64,000 bases of DNA from Lama glama (GCA_028534125.1 CM052817.1:19532001-19596000), one strand, 5' to 3'. Shown: positions 37,110 through 51,704, counted from the stretch's first letter. The notes: a model not told the origin generated them from the sequence alone. A program made the numbers and translations.

Positions 37110-39044
37110 TATGGCTGGAATATTTTAATTAAGAAGGAAGTAAGTGTGTCTTCATCTCTGGTTCATTTCAGAACTCTTTATATGTCACAAATATTTGATG
37201 TCATAATATATAGTAAGGAAAAGCCCCCAAAGGTGTTAAGTGTTCTATGTTTACCCTGATATTGAAACTTCACAGCACCCTTCTGAAGTGCAGAGTTTTA
37301 AAAAATTTATGTCGGAAGAAATTACAGTGCAGTGAGGTTAAATAGTTTGAGCGAGGCCACACAGCCAAGTGTCACAGTCAGGATACAAAAACAAAACACT
37401 TAATCTTTCCACTGTATCATGCTTCTTGCTGTAGACAGATCCTTCTGGTGCTTCTTTTCTGGAACATTCAGAATGGACATTGGACAAATGATCCTCTGAA
37501 ATTCAGCTTTCTCCTTAAGATTTCCCCTAAGTATACTACCAGGAAGTGGTGCTGAGTCTTTGAAAGGGGAAACTGGTTTATGTTTAAAAGGATCATGCTA
37601 GTCTAATCTGGAATTTCATGCCGTAAGCATTGTTAACTTATAGAAACTGAAACTCTGGAGCAAGACTGAACTCCAACAAGACAGTCTTCAGTTGCTGTTG
37701 AGGGATGAAAATTGGAGCTCCACAAAGAGTTCTGTGTGAGATTTTCACCTTCTCTTGGTTTGAGTTGTTTCTGCTTTGTCTCTTTATTTTTACCATGATT
37801 CATTTCCCAGAGACAGAGTAAAACAAGTTTCTTTGTTCTTCTCTCATTATATAACAGAAAGAAAAAAAAAAAAAGAAATTGCACTCTTTTGAACTTCTGT
37901 CTTTGGGTTTTATAACTGAGTAAGGATAGCGTGAGGTAGAAAAGGAAAGATTCTAATTGTTCTTTTACTACTTAACAAAACGAGGCATCATGACCCACAT
38001 TGTCAAAGATGTGGCCATTTTTAGGCGTCTTTCCTCTCTGTTGTGCTTTCTCCTGGGAGAACAAAGTCCTCACACCGTTCACTACGTACTTTCCTTCGTC
38101 AAAGCAAAGAAGATTATTAAGGTCTCATCTGACAAGGGACCCTCTCATTTGGACCGTCTGTTTTTTTGTGCTTTCTTGAGGAAATACAAAAAAAAAAAAA
38201 GGCTTTTATTTTCTCCCTCTCACCCCTCATTTGTGTTTCGTGATAGTGTGTGTTAAGCCATATTTTAAGAATTTGAACAAGCAGAGATTCTGCCTCTTTG
38301 AACTTTTTCTTCTTTTTCTTTTGCGCTTGCCATCTCAGTTGGAGAAATCACAAGTATTTTGTTTTTTTCCTCTAATAATTAATATTAAGGGAAAGGCTAT
38401 CTTAAGATTACTGCTCTCAAGGCCATTTTTTTCCTCCCATTATCCTTCTTACTTCAAGGATGTGCCTTCAGGACTGAGGTACACAGAAGCCTAAACTGCC
38501 AGATGGTCGCTTACAGAAAACTAGGTGATATACACCCATTTCTCAAATGGTCAATTGCACCTTTACCAAGCTGAAGTATTTTGCCTCTTTGGTAATAAAT
38601 GGGAAGGAAAAAGGGAGTGGAGTTGGAAAAGGGGGTTCCCAACCCCCAAAAGAAAAACCCTAGCGTTGTTTCAAGTTTCCTTTTCAGAATTTAGCTGAGA
38701 GAGGTAGAAAGACAAGCATTCGAATATTATTTCAATAAGAAAAAAAAAATTGACAAATTAAATGTTTTTGTAGGAAGTCCATCAATATTTATCATATGTA
38801 ATAAAATAATACTTAATGATCCGTAGTTTGTATGAAGTTATCACTGATCTAAGAAAAACAGACCAGGAAGCCAGCTAATTGCCATCTTCTCAATTTCGAA
38901 ACTTGACACTGCACTGTAATATTGTTTTAGAGCACAACTACACTGGGTGGTCATTATGATGACACGGAGTTTAAATTATCTTAAAAAATTCTTACAATAA
39001 AAATAGCTTTATGGTTGTTAATATCATGTCATATTAATAATATT

Positions 39045-39920
39045 TGTTTCGCCTATATATTCAATAAGTATGAGCCATCTACTCTGTGCCGGGCACTGTG
39101 TTAGACACTGAGAAAGTAGAGGTGTCAAGACAGATAGGTCTCTGTGAGAATGGAGTCTATAGTTTACATAAGAGTGCATCATTTTCTAAAATCACAAGAT
39201 TATTCTCATTGATGTTCATTCAACCTGTATTTATTGAGCCAAACTCCAAGCACCATACTATAAAGGTGTGATGCAATGGTGAAAGAAACGTAACTTGTAG
39301 AAAAATATCAAAAATATACACAAATAAATAGACATTTGAAATTTAAAACTGCTATTAATTTTAATAATTTAGTATATAATTATTGAGTAACAACTATGTG
39401 CTGGCAGTTCTATATGGCAGGCTCTTGTAATATCACAGAAAACAAGACAGATATGATTTCCGTCCCAGGGAGAGAGATTAATAGACTTACAGCATGATGG
39501 GAGTAAGTGCAAGTTTCTGTGGGAACTCAAAGGAGCATTCTTTAGGACTCAATGCAGTCTTACTACAAATGATTTTATAGCTAGGAGCTAAAAATAATAG
39601 AAGTCAGTCAGGCAAAAAGAGGAAGTCAAACCTTTTGGCATATTTCAAGGTGAGAACAAAGGCAAAGCCCTGTAGGAAAGAAAGAGCATGGCCAGATTCA
39701 TGGAGCCTGGGGAGAATCATTCAGTATAGCTGGGCCTAAATTTCAAGAAGTGGTCTGATGCAAAAAGGCCAGAAAGATTAGCAGAGGCCTTGCGAGTTCA
39801 TAAAAGTCCTTGTCAGCTGTACTAAGCTGCTTGAACTTTGTACTGAGGGCATTGGGACTGTGAAGAGAACTAACAAGACCATGACATGACATAGTGGTTC
39901 CTCTTTGGATGACTCCCAAT
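39045..39920 (-). mobile_element. Several L2 fragments
   Basis: Repeated antisense L2 termini (ATTCAATAAGTAT...CTACTCTGTGCCGGGCACTGTGTTAG; CATTCAACCTGTATTTATTGAGC). Confidence 0.7.
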
Positions 39921-40249
39921 TCGTACCAGGCTTTTTCCTTGAGAAGCACCAAACGTATTGAGTTAGGTCTTCACCAGCTCTGATATCTTGCCCTTGTGGC
40001 CATAGCTGATTTTATTCAGATTTCAACACTTGACACCAGTTAGGCCCTTTGAAACTAACCATGGAGTAACATCCACAAAAAAACAACCAACCAACCAAAC
40101 CAACAAATAAAAACAAACAAAAAACTGGTATATCAGCAGAGTTAAGTCATGTAACCAGTATCACAAGAGGGACTAATCCTGTAAATTCCTGCTTTTGAGG
40201 TTGCTGGCGTGATCCTGGTTACATTCCTTCTCAAATCTTCACTGTTTAT

Positions 40250-40414
40250 TTTATTTTTTTAAATTTTTTTATTTTTAAAGAATTCTTGATTTGAGAGGAG
40301 TGGGGGAGGTAATTAGGTTTCTTTCCTTCTTTCTTAATGGAGATACTGGGAATTGAACCCAGGACCTTGTGCATGCTAAGCACAGTGTTCTACCACTGAG
40401 CTATACCCTTCTCC
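40250..40414 (-). mobile_element. Camelid tRNA-derived SINE (Vic-1 type) with perfect 13-bp TSD
   Basis: GGGAATTGAACCCAGGACCTTGTGCATGCTAAGC...TACCACTGAGCTATACCC. TSD CTTCACTGTTTAT at 40237-40249 and 40415-40427. Confidence 0.93.
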
Positions 40415-40529
40415 CTTCACTGTTTATCTTTTTGTTTTAATGGGTTATTTTAGTGTTTATGCATTCACTTGTTGAATAAGTTAGCCACAGTTTCCTTTAT
40501 TAGCAAATAATCCCAACTCTAGGCCTGCT

Positions 40530-40835
40530 TAAGTGTTATCTTTTCCAAGAAGCCTCTCCTGACTCCCCAGGTTTGAATTATTTTACTCCTTCTCTGTGAT
40601 CCCATTGAACCCCATGAATATCCCTATCATAACTATAGTCATCAAATAGTTTTGTAATTAATTTTAATTTAACTTTCTTATGACTAATCCACACTCTGTC
40701 CAAGCTATGAATTTGACTTCCTTGTGGCCAGGTACCATGTCTTCTTTATCTCTTTATTCCTAGCACTTCGTAAAGAATCTAACACACAGTAGGAGCTGAT
40801 TTAATGTTTGACAGTATATTGGATGAATGAATAAA
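40530..40835 (+). mobile_element. L2 3' end
   Basis: CCAAGAAGCCTCTCCTGACTCCCCAG...ACACAGTAGGAGCT...GATGAATGAATA. Confidence 0.75.
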
Positions 40836-40979
40836 ATTATTTGAAAGAGAAGACCCAGTCAAGAAACAATTTAGTTCATATCAGCAAAATCTTAAAAATT
40901 TCTACCTGTTAATCATATTCTTGGGCAAGAGAGGAACTTGGTTATGACCTCCTATATCCTTGTTCTTGCAATAAGATAT

Positions 40980-41178
40980 GAGCAAACAATAGAGGTTTGA
41001 ACTGTGCTGGTGCACTTATAAGTGAATATTTTTCAGTAGTAAATTCTACAGCACTACATTCTGCCACTTTGAACTTCTGTGGTTGGTTGAACCTGTAGAT
41101 AAAGAGGAACCACAGATATGGAGGGCCAACTATAAGTTATATGAGGATTAACACCTTCATTGTTCAATGGTCAACTGT
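40980..41178 (+). mobile_element. Tigger2-derived MITE fragment
   Basis: GGTTTGAACTGTGCTGGTGCACTTATA near the left end; right TIR TTGTTCAATGGTCAACTG followed by TA. Confidence 0.75.
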
Positions 41179-44100
41179 AATTTAAATATACTTAAAGTGT
41201 ACAATGACTGACAAGCAAGTTAAGTTGTCTTTCTTCCCATGGAAGTTCTTATCCTTCACTTACCAAATTTCATGTTATGGTCTGGTTTCCTACGTACTTC
41301 TGCTAACTGGGAAGCAAACTAAGTTTGATTATTTCAGATCTTTTAACAATTTACATATGTCATTCTTAGTTAATATAATGGAACCCTGACTTTTCTATCA
41401 GTCTGATTAACTTGGTTAATATGACTCAGTCCCCAGGACATGATTCATTGTTAGTGTTCTGTTAGATACAGAAAGAAATTAAAAACTTGAGATTGAAGAA
41501 CTGAGACCCATGTCTTGTGGGACACCTAACTCACTAGGGGTTTCCTACCCAATGGTCACACTCTCCCTAGTTCTAACATTTCCATTTAGTTATATAGAAT
41601 ATATTCCTTGAGAATGAATCACACTCGAAACACTAAGGGTACAAGATATACTATCCAGGCTAGAAGTGCTCATGGAGGTCATGCCTTTGGAATGCAAGCT
41701 GTGAATTAGTATGGCTCATTCTAAATCAGATGACCAATGAATGGGGTCAAAAGTAGCCTTGACCAATCATTTTTAAAGGCCTTATTTTTGTCCCTAGTGA
41801 CATTTTGCCTTTTGTGCACAAAGAAGGCTTCAAGAAGGAGCTATTTTTATTACTATTTTTTTTTTAATTACCAAGAGGGTTAGGGCATTTTAGCCCAATT
41901 ACTACTTCCCCTTGCCACCTGAGCACCGTCAGCAGTCAGCATGAGAAAGCGATAATGGAAAGATAAAGCCCAGCTGTGCCACATGACCCTTCAAAGGAAC
42001 AAGATACATATAAAATGCATGGTTTTTCTTTTTCCTGAGCTTGACTTCCGTTTCCCTATTATACTTGGCTGAAAATTTAGCAGCCATTGATAGCAACCAT
42101 TTCAGAAGAGAAATAGTGGCAAGTATTGAGATAACATTGAGTAAAGCCCCGTGTTGGACTGAGAATTTGGGTTCTAATATTTTGTTAGTTGCTATCTTTC
42201 TCTGAGAGCTCATGGGCAATGACCTGCCTCATTCTGACAGCAAAATGCAACCTACTGCATTGGATACTTGAGATGGTTTAAAGGAAGGGAGTGATTTGAA
42301 TCTATTATGAAAGCAAAAGAAGGATGTTTCAAATTACTCTTAGAATTCTAGGCAATAATAGAAATCAATATAAAGGAAGTTAGCAGGTCATTCTTATAGC
42401 CACTAGACTGGGGTGAGTACTTAAAACACATTATGGAATAGAATCCTCACAAAAACACTAAAACATTCATAATTAGTTCCATTTTACAGATGTGAAAATG
42501 GAGGTCTAGAAAGTTTAATTATCTTAACTAAGATTATCCAAGTGATGGATCAAGAAGATCAGAGTTTAAAGCCAGATATGGCTGCCCATGCACTAGATTA
42601 TAACTGCAGTGTCAGCTTCTAAACACACACAAGAGAAAAGCCTGAGGAACAGGATAATTTTGAAAACATTACATGAACAAAAGTATGTACTAGGTCTATG
42701 ACTTATGCTAAGAGATCTTTTTAGGTATTATGTGGTAAAAAAGTTCTTGAACCATGTAAGTTTAAGAAACACTGAGTTAAAAACATCAGATTTCTTTGAT
42801 ATAGGACTTCTTGTACTCTGTAATATGAATAATAAGTTTCTAGGACTTTATAAGGATACAGCGTTTTTCAACATATTTGACTGTGAATCAATTTTTTGAG
42901 TAGCATCTTACAAGATGAGTTCTCCGTGTAATATACATTTTGTGATTACTCATATACAGCAAGGAAGAACGACACCAAAGATTCTCTGGTATTTATGCTG
43001 AGTGAGGGCAATCCACACAAATTTCAGAAATTTAGAAAAATTATTGTCTTAGGGATCCTGTCTGAGGAGATATTCTAATTAGAGATTAGAATAAATATTG
43101 AATAATCAGTATTATTAGCAGAACTCTTCAGAACATACTCTTTTTCTGGACACTGAAATAGAAAGAGGAATGAAGCAGATGCTGTCTTTAGGGACATCAT
43201 AATCTAATTCAATGGTTTGCAATATAAAGAGGCAAGGCATGACTGAATCACCCAAGAAGTTCTTTCAAGACCCACATTCTGTTCCCTGTGGAGTGCCAAA
43301 TTCATTTCATGCATTCATTCATTGAATTCTACACTAACTCCATGAGGTAGGTACTCACATTGTCTCTTTTTCACAGATAAGGAAACTAAGTAGAAATGGG
43401 GTTAATTTGCCCAATATTCCATAACTCTAATGTGGTAGTATCAGAATTCAAACTCAGATCTGTAGCCTTGCCTTGAGCGTTAAGACCAGAAGAATAAAAA
43501 CTTTTATAGGCATAGGAATTTTTGGCAGTAGGTGAATCATGGAGATAATTGGTTCCGACTCAAAACATTCTGACTCACACATACATGAAAATGTCTAGAA
43601 AAATACATTTTTACAAAGTGCCCAAGGAGATTTTGATGCTGATGAGTCATATACTGAAGTTGAGAAACAGTAGGCTTGTCCACACTGTATTCCATAAGCA
43701 AAATCATAATTTAATTTTGTAACCTATAACTTAACTTATGTAAATTTTAAATAAGCAGCCACTTAAACTCTACTATGAAAAATACTTAGACAGTCCTGCT
43801 GTTTCAAATATGACATCATTTGTACTTTCTGGTTTGCTAGTCAATGTGGTCATAGGTCAACACACTAAACGTCACGTGTGTTGAAAATGAAAGACTAAGA
43901 AGCAGAAATTGGAAGGAGGTGCAAAAATCTACCACTTCAAATGAAAATCTTCAAAATGATATTCTCCTACTAGTTGCTCAGTGGAGACAATTCAAATAAA
44001 AATAGTTGACCTGCAAATTATCTGCAAATGTGGAGATGAGAAGAAATACTCAAGAAACTCTCAAGCTACCCCAATGTTATTATTAATGGTAAGGGTTGGA

Positions 44101-46229
44101 GCAATGCCCTTTAATGTAGTGAATTGTCAGTGAAGGGGCCTAAAATGTGACATATAGCTAAAAGAGCACTGGTATGCAGTGTGACCTTGAGCAGGTCACC
44201 TACGTTCTCTGGGGTTCCCTTTTCTGATCATTGAAATAAAAAGCCAATGATTCAACTATAAAATTATCTTCTATCAAACATTTCATATGAACACAATTTT
44301 GTGTTAGGTGCTTTATATATGGTCTAATTTTTGTTCCTCACTACAAAATCGGGTGATGCATTTTTTGTCTTCACCTTATAGTAGATGTAATCGGGGCACA
44401 GGAGGATACATGGTTTGGCAAGTGACTTGGGCAACATATGGTTAAGCTGGGTTTTAAACTGTGTCTTTTCAGCTACAAAATCTATTTTCTGGAAAGGATT
44501 CTGCAGGCTTTACTTATGCAAGAGGCTAATGCCCGCCCCCAACCCCCGCCTTCAGCTGTATAATTCTTTGATATTAAAGGTATTAAAATAAAAATACTAC
44601 CTTAGTGCCATAGAAGAGTTCATGTAACTTCTGGTAATTGGCTCACATATTTATAAGACATTTTAGATTGAGAAAATCTGGCTCAGGGTTGTAGAGAAAA
44701 TCAGGAAGAAATTTTGCTTTGTATTTCATACCTTTTGACAATTATAATTGGTAGAAATAATAATGAGAATAATGGTATTCTTCAGTTTGATTTGTTAACT
44801 ACCTATTTCCTGCTTGTAACCTCACAAAAGAGAAATATAGAAAATCCTAGAGAAGGGCTTTGTTATAATATCAGATGTCCCTAATTTCTCTTTGACCTCT
44901 TTGAATCAGGTTTCTCATCTGGGAATCTGACCAAAACTCTTCATCTTGGTATTTTTGATATGCTTGAGGTATAGGAAAAGAGCCAAATTTTCGAGTTCAT
45001 TATTTTAGCTCCTTTAAGTTGCTTCTGATACCGAGACACAAGTGATTATATCCCAGAGAATAAAGCACCACCCTTGACACGACGGTGTAAATTCTCAGAG
45101 ATGATGAGAGCTCTGAGAGCTCTGAGACCTCCATGTTCAGTCTTAGTTTATCACTGAGTCATTGAGCTGGAATAAACTTTAGAGCTCAGACAGCCAATAT
45201 CCTTTTTAAAATAGATAACAGCATAAAAAAAGAAGGAAGGATGTTAGGGAGGGAAGGAAGGGGGAAGGAAGGAAAGAAAGAAAGAAAGAGGAAGAACAGG
45301 AAAAAGTCGTAAGAATAATTAAGGTTGATTTAATTATTTGCCAAGTACTATATTACATCGGTCATGTATGTTATCACAGCTAATGAATTCATGATTAATA
45401 CTCAATAATTTGTAGATCAAAACAAGATTTTAAATACGACAAGAAACCTGCCACAGGTGTGTTTTATGGGATTGTGCTGGGTTAAATTCTAAAATGGTTT
45501 TATATGATCCTGCTCTTAGGGGTGCTCAGCACTGTTCGTCTTCCTCCACATCACAAATTAAACAGTAAAAGATCTGCAATTTGAATTAGTTTTTCTTACT
45601 TCTTCCCTGATGTCCTTTCCACTGTATATTGCCATCTCTTTTCCATGACATGTAAACCTATCATGCGTTACATGATCTTCAAAGTCACTGGATTAGATGT
45701 CAATCAAGAAAGGACAAGAGCACTAAGGTGATGGGAGTGGTTCCTTTGAAGCCAAATTCACTCCAATTTTAGGGAAAGGGAAATGGAGACAGGTGCAGCT
45801 GTCTGTTTGATACACCCAACCAGAGTGAACATGTGACTGTCGATATGAAAATTATATTTTGGTGTATGTAAGGGTTATAGGATAATTCAGTTGATCTGAA
45901 TTCAGAAAATTCACAAAAAGAGGTTCCATTTGTGTGATGCTTTAAAGTTCATTGTTTTTAAAATTGCAACAATATTCACAACAACCCTGTGAAGATTTTG
46001 TAATCCTTAATAAAAAGAGGGAAAAATGAAGCACTGAGAATTAGAATGACTTCTCTGTAGACTTAGTAAGTGTCAGACTTGGGCTTGAAGCCAAGCACTC
46101 TCAATAACAAATAATAGATAAAAATAGAGAATATGTTAAATTTTTGATAAATAGTCAATGCAAGAGTGAGAGAAATAGAGACAGAAAAGTTAGGGAATAC
46201 GTAGGTTAAAAGGTACTTAACAAACATAT

Positions 46230-46600
46230 CAAATTCTAGTGTATCTATTTTTTATGAATCTTGATTTAAAAATACAATAATCTGTTAAATGAGTAAACTC
46301 ATATATAGTTAATGATAATGAATTGTAATTTTTAATGTGAAAATGGCATTGTGACTATGTCCAAAACAAAAGAATTCCTGTATTTTAGACTGGTATACTA
46401 AAATATTTAGAGAGAAAATAATGTGATGTGTGGAATTCACTCCAAACTAATCTGAGGTGGGAAAGAATTGGTGGTGGTGGGGGTATAAATGAAACAAAGC
46501 TGGCCATCCACTGGTAATTTTGAATCTAGGTAATGGAAACAGTATTATATTGTTCTCTTAGCTCTGTTATGTGTTAGAGGTTTCCCACATTAAAGTGTTA
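46230..46600 (+). mobile_element. L1MC-type 3' end
   Basis: GGGGTATAAATGAAACAAAGCTGGCCAT...TCTAGGTAATGG...CATTAAAG. Confidence 0.7.
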
Positions 46601-47939
46601 AACCATTGTAAAACAGACAAAGAAAACTGGAGTAGAGTAAGTAAAATGAATGCTTCATTTTTCATAGTAGATGCTGATTCAAGTTCATTAATCAAGTTAT
46701 AAACATATGAACTTATTAATTACTATAACAACTTGAAGAACAGAAAACAAATTATTATCTAGAATGTAATAAAGAGAGAACTGAATATTACTTTTACATT
46801 TCTCTGTTCCTTTTGTTTTTTTTTCCCATTTGCATGTATTGCAACTTAACTTAAAAAACAGTTGGATGTCTTTCTAAGAGAAAACAGTTGTTTAGCTTTT
46901 AAACAAGCTCCATTTTGAAAAATATAGCAAGATTGTGCCTCCTTTTACATTTATTTTCTAAGTTTCTAACGTAAACACAAATCAAAGTATTGATCATTTA
47001 AAAGCTATTATTTGAAACACCTCATTTCCCAATACTTTAAGATTCTAATAACCCTTCCCCTGGGAGAAGTGGGCCTTATAACTTCAATACCCACTTTGAA
47101 AATCATGAATGCAAACCATAACGTAGTGCCACAGTGATATTTTCAAGATGATTTCAAAATGTGCCATAGCTTCTAAAAACTCCAGAAGGATAAAAAGGGT
47201 AAGGGCTTTCAGTAGGGAGATGAGGTAAGAAACTTTATTAAATAACAGATAGATTGAATAAACCTATGTAAATAAATTCATAAATTAAAAAAAATCCCCA
47301 TCACGTTTGGCCATGAAAGCTATAAAATATTATGACTTCAGTGTTAAAATCCTTTCACATATAATCACTGATAAAAAAGAATCCTCAAGGATTTTGCAGT
47401 ATCTACCCATTTATCTTATCAGGGAATGCTTGTTTTATAAACTAGTTTTTGTTCGATTTATATTGCCAGTGGTAATATAGTCCAGGTGGTCTGGGAGTCA
47501 AACTGCACCTTGACATAAATTTCTTTCATTATTAATCTGAGTAGGATTGTTTATAGAAAAATGCAGTCAAGAAAACATCCTTTCTAACTGGAATCTGACT
47601 TAATGTACGTGTGGAAGGGTGATGCTAACAGGAAGAACCACCTTTGCTGGTCAAGGGTCCCATTTCTGAGTAGATAATTACATTAGTATGAATACATGCA
47701 CATTTTGTTTATAATGTGTGCCGTGAGGGAGGAGATCATAAAGGATTATTGACATACACTTTGCTCTTATATGAGTTAAGTGAGTTAAGTTTGTGCTGCA
47801 CTAAATGAAGCTTCCCCAGGAAAGCAGAACCTACCAAGTGATTGGCTAAACTCTGCTTTGGGTACCACTAGCAACATCCTCCATGAACCGATCAACTACC
47901 TGATTCCAGTTCCTCATTTTACTTGATTGGTTAGTGACG

Positions 47940-49385
47940 TCCAAGAGAATTGATCATTCATTTTTTCCTGAAACACATCTTCTACCTTATCATAGAACAC
48001 TCCTCTGCCTTATCATGTGACACTCTCCTGGGTTTCTCCTCCCTCACTTCTCCTCTCTTCACAAGCTGCATCCATGTTTTACCTGATATCTAAATCTTAA
48101 AGTTCCTCTCCTTAAGAGACCCAAAGAATTTCCATGACTTTATTCACTACCTATGTGCCAGTAACTCCAAAATACATACCCTTTAGCCTAGATATCTCTT
48201 TTTGATTTACAATAGCTTGCTTGACAAATCTACTTGAATATGTCTTAAGTATCTCATGAGTTATATATTTAAAACAGCAGTCATGATTTTCCCCTCCATA
48301 TTTCTGCCCAGATTTTCATTTTAGGAAATGCCATCATCATTCAATCAATTACTGAAGACTCTTGACCTGAGACAAAGAGACTGCCAGAAATGTCTCCAGC
48401 AATGATGGATTTATTAGGGATCAGCCGAGAATTGCAATTTGGGGACTGCAATCATGGCGAGCCTTGTGCAAACCCCACATGGCAAGAGAAGGAGAACATT
48501 TTATAGAGAGGAAAGAGAAGTTGGGAGGGTCATAATGGACAGAGGTTATGGCTTTTCATTGGCTGAGTCCTTGCCAGGAAAGAAGAGTAGTATTTCTTCT
48601 TCCTGGCTGGCTCTGCTATCTTCACAGTTGGGAGAGCTCCCCTCTGGTGTCCCAGACTTATGTGAGGTTTCTGTTTATTAATCTTTTATGAGACATAATG
48701 TAGATATTTCCTCCTCTCCATCACCACTATCCTACTGAAAGACAACATTTTTCATCAATTCATTGATTTCTCTTGTCCAGAAGAAATCCATTCTTCACAT
48801 AGCAGCCTATATTTAATTTTTAAAATGCAGGTCAAAGCATGTAACTCCCCTGCTTAAAGCTGTTAATTGTTTTCTGTAGTATGTAGAATAAAATCCAAAA
48901 TGCTCATCATAGCATTCTGCTCATCTACCTCCAGCCTGTCTTCTAACCTTATGGAACTCCATGTTTTTCTTTCTAAACGCTGATCAGCACATTTGACCAG
49001 TTCCAACTGAAGAATAGGACATGGAGGCAGGGAATTCATTTCCTATTCTTATGACCTTGATTTTTCCTTCCACGTTTTTGGCTTGAATGACTCCGTATTG
49101 TGTATGAAGCAAACACTCATCCTTGCAGTGGTGTTTCCCGATCACTCTGTCTAAACTAAACTCATGTATCATAGTCTTTCATGTAAACATTTGTTATTTC
49201 ATCAGTAGTACAAGTCTGACATTATTTCATGTGTTCCATGATCATTTTTATATATTTCCTATTTGTCCATCTAAAAAGCAAGATGTCTGAGCCAGTGTCA
49301 TCTTGCTCTTTTATTTACACTAACTACAATGCTGCTTGTCACACTAGACACGAGATAATGTTAGTGGAACACATAAATGAATGAA
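47940..49385 (+). mobile_element. L2 fragment interrupted by a solo LTR
   Basis: ACACTCTCCTGGGTTTCTCCTCCCTCAC, CATGTAACTCCCCTGCTTAAAGC, AGAATAAAATCCAAA, ending AAATGAATGAAT. Confidence 0.75.
48353..48690 (-). mobile_element. Solo ERV LTR
   Basis: GC-richer island inside L2. On the minus strand it has CCAAT (~48560), TATAAAA (~48501) and AATAAA (~48412) in U3-R order, ending ...GAGTCTTCA. Confidence 0.7.
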
Positions 49386-51252
49386 TATCCAAGTTACTCC
49401 TTGCTGGGGAGGCCGTGTTTCCTCATGAGGGAGAGAAAGAGCCAGAACAAATGACTTAATAAGATTCTGGCCCTTCGTGAGCTTCAAAGATAAGCAGGAA
49501 ACATCCTCTGTGTCCAAGAAACATGAATAAAAGGTTGCGTTGATATCTGTTAATGGGGGAAAAAAATAACCTGTTTTCACTGGCTTCTTTATAATGGAAA
49601 ATTCACAGATGGGTGGTTATTCTTGAAAGAAAAAGAGAAAAAGGGAGGAACAAAAGAAAACTGTAGAGGTCTGAGGTACTAACACACTGTCGCTGTGTTT
49701 GTGCAGGTTGCTGAAGTAATCTATTCAGTTACGTATTCATTTTCTAATTAACTGATATGAGCAGTTCAAGTGCTGCCTAGTAGTTTATTGCTGCAGGTCA
49801 AAATGTCTCCGTGGATGTGCAATTCTAAAAATGGCTCTGCAATTACAGTAGTTTTATTTATCCGCAGGCACTCACAGCATCAAGCAGCTTCTAATTGCTT
49901 AGCAGAGAAAGACCTAGCCTTTTCCAGCCTGTCCTCCTCCCTGACCTACATGTAGAACAGATATCATCATTTCTGACAAGAAGACTGAGGACAGCCACAA
50001 ATAATACGTGACAAAAGTAATTAATTTGTACGTGGGAGAACCATCAATCCCTTGCAGCGAAGAGTTCTCTTAAGAAGAATATTCACAAAATTGCACAGTT
50101 TCCAGTCAGGTCCCTTGATAATTGGTGAATGTGAAATGCAGTGCCGGAACTTTAGAGAACCTGGTTCCGTCTCACATATGGCCTGTGATGCCCTAAAATT
50201 AGAATAACTGGTAGGGGTGACAGTGACCCAAAACACGGCATATCTCACTTCTAGACAATTACTGTTAAAGACATAACCTATTTAAACAAAGTAACAGAGA
50301 AATGCACATAACATACGGACATATGGGCATAGTTTAAGGTAGCATTTTTAAAATTCCATTGCGAATAGGTTATTAGCAGGTAAAAATAGCAAATTAGCTT
50401 GCTCCAACTGTCTCCAGTTAGAGGGAAAGTTATTATTGGAATCCAGATGGATCTAATATTTATCTCTGGAAAGCCAGGCAAGAGAAGCTGAGGTTGTGAA
50501 GTTCAGGTGGAAAGATCATGAAGAAAATACTTACTTTTTTGTTTACTTGAATCATACAAAGGTTCACTGATGCAAGTGTCATTTTGTAGAACAGTTCCCT
50601 ACAACAAAGTCATTTTCATGTTCTAAGGCATGGCTCACTGTAATAGGACTGTGAAAATCTAATTAGAACAAATTTCCTTATTAGAAATTCTTTGTGAAAA
50701 ATATTTCTTAATTTTTCTATGTGCTTCTTATAATGATAGCACCTGAGTTGTGATGAGAGATTGAAACTTCTCTTACATTGACTAATATGCAGGGTCTGTT
50801 TTGCCATTACCAGTATTTTTTGTTAACACCTTTCATTTTCTTTCTTTAATGACCATATTAAATATACTACCAAAACTACAAAACAGCTTCCTTTGCTTTT
50901 ATAATATCAGAGGCAAAACATACATATAACATAACTCCTCTGTTCACATATGGAAATTTTCTAAAATCTAATTTTTTTCCTCTTTATTTGCTTATGTTTT
51001 TGGATCTCTGCTAAGAACTATTCCATTCTTCCAGGATCATGAACATGTTCACTGATTAATTTTAATCTTTCATTAAATACTGATTATATACAAATAATAG
51101 TTTGTTCATGTGTGTTCAAATGATAAACTGTAAAGTTAGTAACTGTGTTCTCCTCTAGACCATCACAAGGACCCAAGAACAGTTTAATTCAATTCACTGT
51201 TCTCTGTCTTCTTTCCAATTCTTGTTAAGATTTTAGTGTCTTATTTTCATCC

Positions 51253-51702
51253 ATTATGTGGATTGATTGTGTCCCCTAGAAAGACATGTTTAAATTCTAA
51301 ACCCCCTTGTCTGAGACTGTGACTTCAGTTGGACATAGGGTCTTTGCTGATGTAATCACGTTACAACAAGGTCATTCAGGAGTGGGGTGGAATCTAAATC
51401 AAATGTGACCGGTACCTTTACAAGACGAGAAGGGATACACAGACACATAATGAGAATACCACTGGGTAACAGGAAAAGACTGGACGCTAGTGACTAGAGC
51501 AATGCATCTACAAGCCAAGGAATGCTAAGGTTTGGCAGCAACACCAGAAGCTAAGAGAAAGGCATGGAACAGACTCTCTCCTAGAGCCTTCAGAGAGAGT
51601 GCTGAATTTCTCAACTTCCAAAGCACAAAAGAACAAATTTCTGTCCTTAATATCAACCTAGTTTGTGGTACTTTGTTACAGCAGCTCAAGGAAACTAACA
51701 CA
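51253..51702 (+). mobile_element. MLT1C-type MaLR solo LTR
   Basis: GATTGTGTCCCC...ATAGGGTCTTTGCTGATGTAAT...CACCAGAAGCTAAGAGAAAGGCATGGAACAGA...GGAAACTAACACA. Confidence 0.9.
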
Positions 51703-51704
51703 CC

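Noticed and set aside
44530..44550. C-rich GC-box or G-quadruplex candidate
   Set aside because: Isolated 20-mer with no CpG island or promoter context.
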